Source of the DNA: an uncultured delta proteobacterium
GTDB lineage: Bacteria > Myxococcota > Myxococcia > Myxococcales > Anaeromyxobacteraceae
Assembly (NCBI GenBank): GCA_963814585.1
Contig: CAWFDF010000010.1
Location: forward strand, 64,001 to 128,000
Length of the DNA: 64,000 nt
Direction: 5' to 3'
The notes under the pieces are model-generated. The model was not told the origin of the DNA, made no database searches, and saw only the letters and a program-made list of their open reading frames with translations. Each line of letters opens with the position of its first letter. Position 1 is the stretch's first letter. Shown in pieces: positions 1 through 7,663 of this stretch. Made by a program: the position numbers and the translations under genes.

Positions 1-213
1 GGCGTGCTGGTGGCTCCCCGGCTGGTCCTGGCCGCGGCCATGGCGGCGGGTGGGGTGGTGCGGGTGCTGCCGGACTGGTCGCCGCCGCCCCTGGAGGTGC
101 GGGTGGTCTTCCCGAGCCGCAGCGGCCTGCCGCCCCGGGTCCGGCTCTTCATCGACCTGCTGGCCGAGCGGGGGGCGGCCCTGGAGGCCACGGCGGCCGC
201 GTCGGCCCCTTAG
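1..213 (+). CDS. LysR-family regulator, C-terminal end (partial, runs off window start)
   Basis: 'VVRVLPDWSPPPLEVRVVFPSRSGLPPRVRLFIDLL' is the typical C-terminus of CrgA-like LysR substrate-binding domains. Confidence 0.75.
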   Translation, partial: GVLVAPRLVLAAAMAAGGVVRVLPDWSPPPLEVRVVFPSRSGLPPRVRLFIDLLAERGAALEATAAASAP

Positions 214-261
214 CCAGCGGCCAGGTCGGGGGCGGAGCTGGCCCAGGAGCCCGTGCCGGGG

Positions 262-750
262 TCAGTCCCGGAAGTTCTGGAAGAGGAGGGGGATCCCCAG
301 CGCCGCGGTCCGGATGGCCTGCATGCAGCCCTGCAGGTCGTCGCGCTTCTTTCCGGTGACGCGCACCGCGTCGCCCTGGATGGCCGCCTGCACCTTGAGG
401 CCGGTCCCCTTCAGCAGGGCGACGATCCTCTTGGCGTCCTCGCTCTTCAGGCCGCGCTTCAGCTTGATCACCTGCCGGACGTGGCCGCCCGCGGCCGGCT
501 CCACCGCCTGCACGTCGAGCCCTTCTTGCGGCACGCCACGCTTGGCCAGCTTCTCGCGCAGGACCAGGACCGCCGCCTCGGCCCGCCCCTCCGAGTTGGC
601 CCGCACCACGAAGTCCAGCGCCTTGTCCCGCTCGATGGCGGTCGAGGTCCCCTTGAAGTCGAACCGCTGCGCCAGCTCCTTGCAGGCCTGGTTCCAGGCG
701 TTCTCGACCTCCATCATGTCCAGCTCGCTCACCACGTCGAAGCTCGGCAT
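262..750 (-). CDS. yajQ: YajQ family nucleotide/c-di-GMP-binding protein
   Basis: MPSFDVVSE...QRFDFKG...VQAAIQGDAVRVTGKKRDDLQ...FQNFRD signature, 162 aa; GGAGG RBS. Confidence 0.95.
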   Translation of the reverse strand: MPSFDVVSELDMMEVENAWNQACKELAQRFDFKGTSTAIERDKALDFVVRANSEGRAEAAVLVLREKLAKRGVPQEGLDVQAVEPAAGGHVRQVIKLKRGLKSEDAKRIVALLKGTGLKVQAAIQGDAVRVTGKKRDDLQGCMQAIRTAALGIPLLFQNFRD

Positions 751-770
751 CGGGACCTCCAGGCAGGCTT

Positions 771-2420
771 CTACCGCGACAGGACCACCGCCTCCACCAC
801 CGGGCGCCTCCCGGTGGCCCGCCGGAACCAGCGGCGGACCGAGAGCCGAACCACCTCGCGCCTCGCCTCGAGGCCGGCCTCCGACACCTCGCCGAGGGCC
901 GCCAGCACCTCGGCGCGGAGCTCCGCCTCGCGCCCCTCGAGCCCGGCCACGCCGCGAGCGTGGAACTCCGGGGCGGCCACCACCGCTCCGCTGGCGGCGT
1001 CCAGCTGCACCACCGCCACGCAGAGCCCGAACTCGGCCAGCCGGCGACGGTCCTCCACCACGCCGTCAGGCACCTCCGCCGCGCCGCCCTCGTCGCGGAC
1101 CACGGCGATCCGGCCACTCGGCACCCGCACCGGGAGCACGCGCGCGCCGGCGTCGTCGAGCTCCAGCACCTGGCCGTCGGTGAGCAGGTGGCAGCGCTCC
1201 GCCGGGACCCCCTCGGCCGCGGCGTGGGCGGCGTGGCGCGCCAGCTGCCGGTACTCGCCGTGGACGGGCATGAAGCGCTCGGGCCGGACGAGCTGGAGGA
1301 GCCGGCGCTGCTCGGCCTCCTGGGCGTGCCCGGTGGCGTGGAGCGGGGGGTGTCGCTCCCAGCGCACCAGCGCGCCGCGTGCGCACAGCTCGTTGACGAG
1401 GCGTCCCACCGACAGCTCGTTGCCGGGGATCTGCCGGGAGGAGAGGACCACGGTGTCGCCGGCGTGCACCCTCAGGTCGGGGTGCTCACCGCGCGCCAGG
1501 CGGCCCAGCGCGGCGCGCGGCTCACCCTGCGAGCCGGTGACGAGGATGGCCAGCTCGCGCGGCGGGACTCGCCGGGCCTCGTCGGCGGTCACCGGCATCC
1601 AGCCCGGCTCGGCGAGCTCGCCGAGCGTCCGGGCCACCTCGAAGTTCTCCACCATGCCCCGCCCCAGCAGCGCCAGGCGGCGCCCGGAGGCGGCCGCCGC
1701 CTCCACCACCTGCTGGAGCCGGTGGGCATTGGAGGAGAAGGTGGCGACGAAGACCCGGCCGCTGGCCTCCGCCATCACGTCGTGCAGCCCGGGACCGACC
1801 GCCGACTCGGACAGGGCCCAGCCCGGCCGCTCGGCGTTGGTCGAGTCGGAGAGCAGCAGCCGCACCCCGGCCCGGCCCAGGGCCTCCAGCCGGTCCAGAT
1901 CCATGCCAGGACCGCGCACCGGCCGCTCGTCGATCTTGAAGTCGCCGCTGTGGATCACCCTCCCCTGCGGCGTGGTGAAGGCGAGCGCGCAGGCTCCGGG
2001 GATCGAGTGGGTGACGGCGACGAACTCGGCGCTCAGCGGCGAGTCCGGGCCGGCCGGGTGGGTCTCGCCCGGGGCCACCTCCCGCAGGTCGGCGGAGATG
2101 CCCGCCTCGGCGAGCCGCCCCTTCACCATGGCCAGCGTGAAGCGGGTTCCGAAGACCGGCACCGTGACGTGGCGCAGCAGGAAGGGGAGCGCGCCGACGT
2201 GGTCCTCGTGGCCGTGGGTGAGGAAGACCGCTCCGACCTGCTCGCGCCGCTCCAGCAACCAGGTGAGGTCGGGGATGAGGACGTCGACGCCGAACGGCTC
2301 GTCGGTGAAGAGGACGCCGCAGTCGACCACGGCGATGCGGCCGGCCGCCTCCACGGCGAGGCAGTTCATGCCCACCTCGCCGAGGCCGCCGAGCGGGACG
2401 ATGCGGACCGGGGACGCCAC
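771..2420 (-). CDS. rnj: Ribonuclease J (metallo-beta-lactamase/beta-CASP)
   Basis: PLGGLGEVGMNC, THGHEDHVG, HSGDFKID, SDSTNA, GSQGEP, HATGH and PVHGEYR motifs. Start placed at GTG 2420, 7 nt after TAAGGT; the upstream part of the 700-aa ORF is repeat-derived. Confidence 0.93.
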   Translation of the reverse strand: MASPVRIVPLGGLGEVGMNCLAVEAAGRIAVVDCGVLFTDEPFGVDVLIPDLTWLLERREQVGAVFLTHGHEDHVGALPFLLRHVTVPVFGTRFTLAMVKGRLAEAGISADLREVAPGETHPAGPDSPLSAEFVAVTHSIPGACALAFTTPQGRVIHSGDFKIDERPVRGPGMDLDRLEALGRAGVRLLLSDSTNAERPGWALSESAVGPGLHDVMAEASGRVFVATFSSNAHRLQQVVEAAAASGRRLALLGRGMVENFEVARTLGELAEPGWMPVTADEARRVPPRELAILVTGSQGEPRAALGRLARGEHPDLRVHAGDTVVLSSRQIPGNELSVGRLVNELCARGALVRWERHPPLHATGHAQEAEQRRLLQLVRPERFMPVHGEYRQLARHAAHAAAEGVPAERCHLLTDGQVLELDDAGARVLPVRVPSGRIAVVRDEGGAAEVPDGVVEDRRRLAEFGLCVAVVQLDAASGAVVAAPEFHARGVAGLEGREAELRAEVLAALGEVSEAGLEARREVVRLSVRRWFRRATGRRPVVEAVVLSR

Positions 2421-2441
2421 GGGAGGCACCTTACAGCAGGA

Positions 2442-2557
2442 CGCGCGATGCCCGATGCCCGTCCCGATGCCCGTCCCGATGCCCGTCCGGGAGTAACTGG
2501 ATGCGGGATGCGGCGATGCCCTTCCGCGCGATGCCCGTCCGGGAGTAACTGGATGCG
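2442..2557 (+). repeat. Cluster of direct repeats downstream of the RAYT gene
   Basis: 12-mer CGATGCCCGTCC at 2453, 2465 and 2477; identical 29-mer CGATGCCCGTCCGGGAGTAACTGGATGCG at 2477-2505 and 2529-2557. Confidence 0.9.
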
Positions 2558-2790
2558 ACTGGATAGTCCTTGGATCTTCCTGCCTCGCCGGGCCAGTGGT
2601 CATGAAGGGGGAAGGGCACTCACCACGGCCGGCCAACCTCGGTGACGTAAGAGCGGGCACGCGGGGCCGCCGATGCCACCGAGATCGCTCCGAACACGGG
2701 TGCTCGTGCGGCGCACCGCTCCGATCATCGAGGCCACGGTGGCGCCTGGAACTGCCCACTCGCTGGGAAAGTGCTGCCCAGTCGCCTCGC

Positions 2791-3675
2791 CTACCCTGCG
2801 CCGGCACAGGCCGCGCCATGGGCGACCCGCATCTGGTAGGTCCCGGCGGGAAACAGGACGCTTCTCGTGCCATCTCGCCATTCCTTCAGCGCCGCTCGGT
2901 ACTCGGCGAGGAAGTCCATCAGGCGCGCCAGCGCCGCGATTCGCTGCTGTCCGTCTCGCGCCGCCACCCTCGGCCGGAGCTGGCGCCTTGGCTCCACGCT
3001 CCGGGGCTGGGCGGTCGGCCGTTGGGCCATCACCCGCGCGACCCCCTGGAAGCCACCGGCCTTCTTCCTCGCCTCCGCCTCGCGCTCGGCCAGCGCCGAC
3101 ACGAGCTGCTCTCGAAAGGCCGCGGCCGATGCGAAGCCCGGTGGAGTGCAGAGCTCGAGTGGGACCGACTCCGGCATGTCGCCATCGGGATCGAAGAAGT
3201 GACTGGGCCTCGGTACCACTCGCGGGCCGGCCCCCACCGCCTCGGGGCCGGACCAGAGCCCGGGCCACCGTCGGCCGGCCCGGACCAGCCCGGCCGCCAC
3301 CGGGTTGGCCAGCGTGTAGGCGGCCTTCTCGACGACGTCCTGGGCCGCGGTCAGGGCGACGGCGCTGTAGGTGTCGGAGCCCCAGAAGGTCTCACGGCGC
3401 CCGTACAGGGCGTTGATGGCCCTGCCGACCAGGGAGTCGAGGTACCGCTGAAAGGCCGGCAACCGGGCATCGGGGTCGGTGAGCACCAAGTGGTAGTGGT
3501 TCGACATCACGCAGTATGCGTGGATCCTGATGCCCTGGCGTTGGGCGGCGACGGCCAAGAGGTAGAGGAAGACGTCGCTCGTCACCCTGGACGGCTTCAA
3601 CAGGAACTGCCTCTGGCTGCACCGGTTCGAGATGAGATAGGAGGTGCCTGGAAGAACTTGGCGAGGGGTGGTCAT
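2791..3675 (-). CDS. HUH/Y1 transposase, IS200-like/REP-associated tyrosine transposase (RAYT) type
   Basis: N-terminal 'PRQVLPGTSYLISNRC', HUH motif 'YCVMSNHYHLV', catalytic Tyr in 'AAYTLANPVAAGLV', C-terminal 'FPAGTY'. Confidence 0.88.
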   Translation of the reverse strand: MTTPRQVLPGTSYLISNRCSQRQFLLKPSRVTSDVFLYLLAVAAQRQGIRIHAYCVMSNHYHLVLTDPDARLPAFQRYLDSLVGRAINALYGRRETFWGSDTYSAVALTAAQDVVEKAAYTLANPVAAGLVRAGRRWPGLWSGPEAVGAGPRVVPRPSHFFDPDGDMPESVPLELCTPPGFASAAAFREQLVSALAEREAEARKKAGGFQGVARVMAQRPTAQPRSVEPRRQLRPRVAARDGQQRIAALARLMDFLAEYRAALKEWRDGTRSVLFPAGTYQMRVAHGAACAGAG

Positions 3676-3688
3676 GGGTCCCGTGAGG

Positions 3689-3703
3689 GCAGGTTCCGTG
3701 CCA
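3689..3703 (-). promoter_or_regulatory. Putative sigma-54 (-24/-12) promoter of the RAYT gene
   Basis: Minus strand TGGCACGGAACCTGC: GG-N10-GC spacing with the full TGGCACG core; the ATG is 13 nt downstream. Confidence 0.6.
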
Positions 3704-3770
3704 CCAGGCCGCCGCGACTTCGCAGGGGATTCCCGGGAGGACCCCGTCCACGCCGCGGACCCCCGACCGT

Positions 3771-3800
3771 CATCCGGAACTCCCGGTCGGGTTCGCGCGG
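3771..3800 (-). repeat. Inverted copy of the RAYT-flanking repeat
   Basis: Reverse complement matches the 2524-2555 unit; overlaps an 8-bp stem CCCGACCG/CGGTCGGG (3762-3791). Confidence 0.7.
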
Positions 3801-3823
3801 TTCGGGCCGGTCCGGGCTAGGCC

Positions 3824-4186
3824 TCACCAGGAGACCAGCACCTCGAATCCTCCCATCGCCATCCGCTTGACGTCGAAGGGCATCGCCCCCTGCATGGCGG
3901 CGTCGTTCATGCTTGGGTCCTTCATGACGCGCGCATTGACCTGATCGCGGTGGGCCCGCGAGCGGTAGACGATCCAGGAGAAGACCACCGTCTCGCCCGA
4001 CTTGAGCCCTGCCAGCCGCTTGAAGCCCTGGCCGAATGGCACCCGCAGGTCCTCGCCGACGCACTCGTAATACGAGAGAGCGCCGTGCTTCTTCCAGATC
4101 TTCGCGCCCCACTTCGCCTGGCGAAGGTAGGCCTTCACCTTCCGCTTCTGCATGGGGATGACGAAGCCATCGACGTATCGAGCCAT
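3824..4186 (-). CDS. DUF1428 (YbaA-like) protein
   Basis: MARYVDGFVIP...GETVVFSWIVYRSRAHRDQVNARVMKDP...MPFDVKRMAMGGF; AAGGAGGAG RBS before ATG 4186. Confidence 0.88.
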   Translation of the reverse strand: MARYVDGFVIPMQKRKVKAYLRQAKWGAKIWKKHGALSYYECVGEDLRVPFGQGFKRLAGLKSGETVVFSWIVYRSRAHRDQVNARVMKDPSMNDAAMQGAMPFDVKRMAMGGFEVLVSW

Positions 4187-4401
4187 GGGAACTCCTCCTT
4201 GGGCGCTCGGGTCACGGACCGGCCTCGGTCCGAGGTGATCTCTGGCCGGAAACACCCGGGCGCGCAAGGTCCGGATGGGCCCCGCGAACCCGGGGGGCCT
4301 GTTCCCAACCTGGGGACTCGACCCCCAACCTGGTCCACGGCGCGTGAGACACCCGGAGTCACCCCCTACGCTCAGCCGGGGCCGCCCAGGGGGTGCCCAT
4401 T

Positions 4402-5100
4402 TCAAGGCCCGGGGCGCCCCGGTGGCCGGCTCGGCACCCGGGCCAGGAAGAGCAGCCCCACCGTCACCACCACCGCCATGGCGGCCAGTCCGTACCAGGG
4501 CGGGCGGACCACCAGCCCCACCCAGGCCAGGCTGGCCAGCATCGATCCGGCCGCCACCGCCTTCACCCTGGGGGGAACCACGCGGTGAAGCCGCCAGCGC
4601 TGCAGCGGCGGTCCCAGCACGCGGTGGTGGTAGAGCCAGTCGTGGAAGCGGAGGGAGCTGCGGGCGAAGGCCCACAGGGCCAGCAGCAGGAACGGCGTGG
4701 TGGGGAGCACCGGGAGCGCCGCGCCGAGGACCCCGATCCCAAGGAACACCCAGGCCAGCCCGAACCAGGCCCAGCGCCACGGGCCGTCCGCCACCCCGTT
4801 ACCGGGAGCCTCCGCTTCACCGGGCCACTGGCCCGGTCCGTCCAACCCATCACCGGGAGTCACCACCTCGCCGGGAGTCACCACCTCGCAGGGCCACTGG
4901 CCAGGTCCGTCCCCCCCGTTGGCGGGAGTCTCCGACTCGCCAGGCCACTGGCCTGGTCCGTCCACCCCGTTACCGGGAGTCTCCGCCGCGCCGGACCACT
5001 GGCCCAGTCCGTCCACCCCGCCACCGGGAGTCTCCGCCGTGCCTGGTCCCTGGCCCGGTCCGTCCGGCCCCGGCTCCTCGGCGCTGCGGTCCTGGTCCAT
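4402..5100 (-). CDS. YbaN/DUF454 inner-membrane protein with a repetitive N-terminal extension
   Basis: 'LPVLPTTPFLLLALWAFARSS.RFHDWLYHHRVLGP' YbaN motif; GGAGG 6 nt before ATG 5100 and TATGCT further upstream. Confidence 0.85.
   Translation of the reverse strand: MDQDRSAEEPGPDGPGQGPGTAETPGGGVDGLGQWSGAAETPGNGVDGPGQWPGESETPANGGDGPGQWPCEVVTPGEVVTPGDGLDGPGQWPGEAEAPGNGVADGPWRWAWFGLAWVFLGIGVLGAALPVLPTTPFLLLALWAFARSSLRFHDWLYHHRVLGPPLQRWRLHRVVPPRVKAVAAGSMLASLAWVGLVVRPPWYGLAAMAVVVTVGLLFLARVPSRPPGRPGP
4783..5066. repeat. 51-bp coding tandem repeat (~5.5 copies) with an internal 18-bp duplication
   Basis: GGCCACTGG-like anchors at 4823, 4892, 4943, 4994, 5045 (spacing 69, 51, 51, 51); CCGGGAGTCACCACCTCG twice at 4853-4888. 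Confidence 0.9.
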
Positions 5101-5231
5101 CCCGAACCTCCGATCGAGCCGCAGCATAGGGCACCAGGGCCAAACGGGGTGCCTCGCCCACGGGGTCCAGGACCGGCCAGCCGATCGTGAGGTGAGCCCG
5201 TCCCTCCCGTGCGCTATGTTCCCCCTCCCCG

Positions 5232-7580
5232 ATGTCCGACCTGCTCGACGGCCTGAACGATCCGCAGCGCGAGGCGGTGCTGCACGGCGAGGGGCCGCTG
5301 CTGGTGCTGGCCGGCGCCGGCTCGGGGAAGACCCGGGTCATCGTCAGCCGGGTGGCCCGGCTGGTCCTCGAGGAGCGGGTGCTGCCCTGGCACGTCCTCG
5401 CCGTCACCTTCACCAACAAGGCGGCCGGCGAGATGAAGGCGCGGCTCTCCGCCCTGCTCGGCCTGGCGGCGCAGGAGCTCTGGGTCCAGACCTTCCATGC
5501 CTTCGGCGCCCGCTTCCTGCGACGCGAGGCGGCCCGCGCCGGCCTGCCGCAGGCCTTCGCCATCTACGACACCGACGACCAGCTGCGGCTCATGAAGCGG
5601 CTCTTCGCCGAGGCCCGGCTCGACGAGGACGACCAGCTCACGCCGCGAAAGGTGCTCTGGCGCATCGACGCCTGGAAGAACGAGGCCGCCACCCCGTCGC
5701 AGGTCAAGGTCCCGCACCACGACCTGTCCGGAGGGGCGGCCCGCGACCTCTACGCGAAGTACGAGGCGGCGCTGGCCCGGGCCGGCGCCGTCGACTTCGG
5801 TGACCTGCTGGTCCGGCCGCTGCGGCTGCTGGAGCAGGACGAGGCGCTGCGCGCCCGCTGGTCCGGGCGCTTCCGCCACGTGCTGGTCGACGAGTTCCAG
5901 GACACCAATCCGGTGCAGTACCGGCTGCTGCGCCACCTGGTGGGGGGGGCCCGGAACATCTGCGTGGTGGGCGACGACGACCAGGCCATCTACCGCTGGC
6001 GCGGCGCCGACGTGCGCAACATCCTCGGGTTCGACGCCGACTTCCCCGGCTGCCGGGTGGTCAAGCTGGAGCGGAACTACCGCTCCACCCGGAACATCCT
6101 CGACGCCGCCCACGCCGTGATCTCCAGGGCCAGGGTGCGGCGCGAGAAGAAGCTCTGGACCGAGGCCGGGCCGGGAGATCCCCTGGCGCTGCTGGTGGGG
6201 CAGGACGAGCACGACGAGGCCGAGCGGATCACCCGCGCCGTCGCCGCCGAGCGCTCCCGGGGCACCCATGGCGACCAGGTGGCGGTGCTCTACCGGACCA
6301 ACGCCCAGTCGCGCCCCATCGAGGCCCAGCTGCGCGCCGCCCGCATCCCCTACGTCATCGTGCGCGGCACCAGCTTCTACGACCGGGCCGAGGTGAAGGA
6401 CGCCGCCGCCTACCTGCGGCTGGCCCTGTCGCCGAGGAGCGACCTCGACCTGGAGCGGATCGTCAACCGTCCTCCGCGCGGTATCGGCGAGAAGACGGTG
6501 GAGCGGCTGCGGGCCCACGCCGCGGCGCTCGGCGGCTCGCTCTTCGAGGCCCTGGCCGAGGCCGAGCGGATCGAGGGGGTGAAGCCGCAGGCGCGCCGGG
6601 CCCTGGTGGAGCTGCACGACGCCCTGGCTGCGCTCAGCGCCACGGTGGGCGAGCAGGACGCCGGCGACGCGGTGGAGGCGACGCTGCAGCGCTCCGGCCT
6701 CCTGGGGCGGCTCGAGGCCGAGCGGACCGACGAGGCCGAGGAGCGGCGCGAGAACCTGGTGGAGCTGGTGGCCGCGGCCCGCGAGTTCGACGAGCAGCTG
6801 GCCGACCAGGCTCCCTCCCACGACCCCGACGAGCCGGTCCCGCCGCCGCCGCTGGCCCGCTTCCTCGAGCAGATCGCCCTGCTCGGCGAGGCCGACGCCG
6901 AGACGCCCGAGGGGCGGGTGGCGCTGATGACGCTCCATGCCGCCAAGGGGCTGGAGTTCGACGCCGTGTTCCTGGCCGGCCTGGAGGACGGGACGCTGCC
7001 CCACGAGCGGCCCTGGGACGACGCCTCGCCGTCGGAGCGGGCGGCCGCCGACGACGAGGAGCGGCGGCTCTGCTACGTGGGCATGACCCGGGCCCGGCGG
7101 CGGCTGACGCTCTCGCTGGCCCGGCGGCGCATGACCTACGGCGAGGGCGGCGCGGTCTACCGCGCCATGGAGCCCTCCCGCTTCCTCGCCGACCTGCCCC
7201 CGGCGCTGTTCGGCCTGGCGGCGGCCGCGGCCGCGCCGCCGGCGGCCCGCGGGCCGGTGATCCGGCGCCACCCCGGCGCGCTCCCGGGCGAGCCGCACAT
7301 CGAGGTGGACGACGAGGCGGCGCCCGCCGTGGCGCCTCTCCCGGCCCGGGCTTCGCGGGGCGGCCGCGAAGGTCCCACCGTCGACTACTCCTTCGACCAG
7401 CGTTCCCAGGCCGGCGGTCGGCCATTCACTCGTGGTGATACCGTCTTCCACGAGGTGCTGGGAGAGGGGAAGGTGCTGGCCTGCGACGGCGCCGGCCGCG
7501 AGGCCAAGGTGACCGTCCATTTCTGGGAGGCGGGGGAGAAGAGGGTGCTGGCCCGGTTCCTCCGACCGGCGGTCGGGTAG
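5232..7580 (+). CDS. uvrD: ATP-dependent DNA helicase UvrD/PcrA
   Basis: LAGAGSGKT, VDEFQDTN, VGDDDQAIY, LERNYRS, MTLHAAKGLEF, EERRLCYVGMTRA and a C-terminal Tudor-like tail. Confidence 0.95.
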   Translation: MSDLLDGLNDPQREAVLHGEGPLLVLAGAGSGKTRVIVSRVARLVLEERVLPWHVLAVTFTNKAAGEMKARLSALLGLAAQELWVQTFHAFGARFLRREAARAGLPQAFAIYDTDDQLRLMKRLFAEARLDEDDQLTPRKVLWRIDAWKNEAATPSQVKVPHHDLSGGAARDLYAKYEAALARAGAVDFGDLLVRPLRLLEQDEALRARWSGRFRHVLVDEFQDTNPVQYRLLRHLVGGARNICVVGDDDQAIYRWRGADVRNILGFDADFPGCRVVKLERNYRSTRNILDAAHAVISRARVRREKKLWTEAGPGDPLALLVGQDEHDEAERITRAVAAERSRGTHGDQVAVLYRTNAQSRPIEAQLRAARIPYVIVRGTSFYDRAEVKDAAAYLRLALSPRSDLDLERIVNRPPRGIGEKTVERLRAHAAALGGSLFEALAEAERIEGVKPQARRALVELHDALAALSATVGEQDAGDAVEATLQRSGLLGRLEAERTDEAEERRENLVELVAAAREFDEQLADQAPSHDPDEPVPPPPLARFLEQIALLGEADAETPEGRVALMTLHAAKGLEFDAVFLAGLEDGTLPHERPWDDASPSERAAADDEERRLCYVGMTRARRRLTLSLARRRMTYGEGGAVYRAMEPSRFLADLPPALFGLAAAAAAPPAARGPVIRRHPGALPGEPHIEVDDEAAPAVAPLPARASRGGREGPTVDYSFDQRSQAGGRPFTRGDTVFHEVLGEGKVLACDGAGREAKVTVHFWEAGEKRVLARFLRPAVG

Positions 7581-7663
7581 CCGACCCCGATCGCGGCGAC
7601 TCCTGGTCGCGGGCGTCTGGCGCCCGTCGCGGTTCGGCCGCGGCCGTGCCAAGGTGACGCGCC

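Larger units (their letters stand above)
2442..3800. mobile_element. REPtron-like unit: RAYT gene between inverted ~30-bp repeats
   Basis: 2524-2555 (+) CCGCGCGATGCCCGTCCGGGAGTAACTGGATG aligns with the reverse complement of 3771-3800, CCGCGCGAACCCGACCGGGAGTTCCGGATG (26 of 32 columns identical by hand alignment). Confidence 0.65.

Noticed and set aside
2477..2557. Two identical 29-bp repeats with a 23-bp spacer as a mini CRISPR array
   Set aside because: Only two units; the spacer itself contains repeat-derived words (GGATGCG, CGATGCCC); no cas operon; better explained as RAYT-flanking repeats.
4200..4300. AGGTCCGGA segment resembling SRP (4.5S) RNA
   Set aside because: The conserved GGAA tetraloop with AGCAG internal-loop context is absent.
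4783..5066. 51-bp periodic repeats as a CRISPR array or as copies of the RAYT repeat
   Set aside because: The whole unit is repeated with no unique spacers, it preserves a reading frame, and it shares only CCGGGAGT with the RAYT motif.
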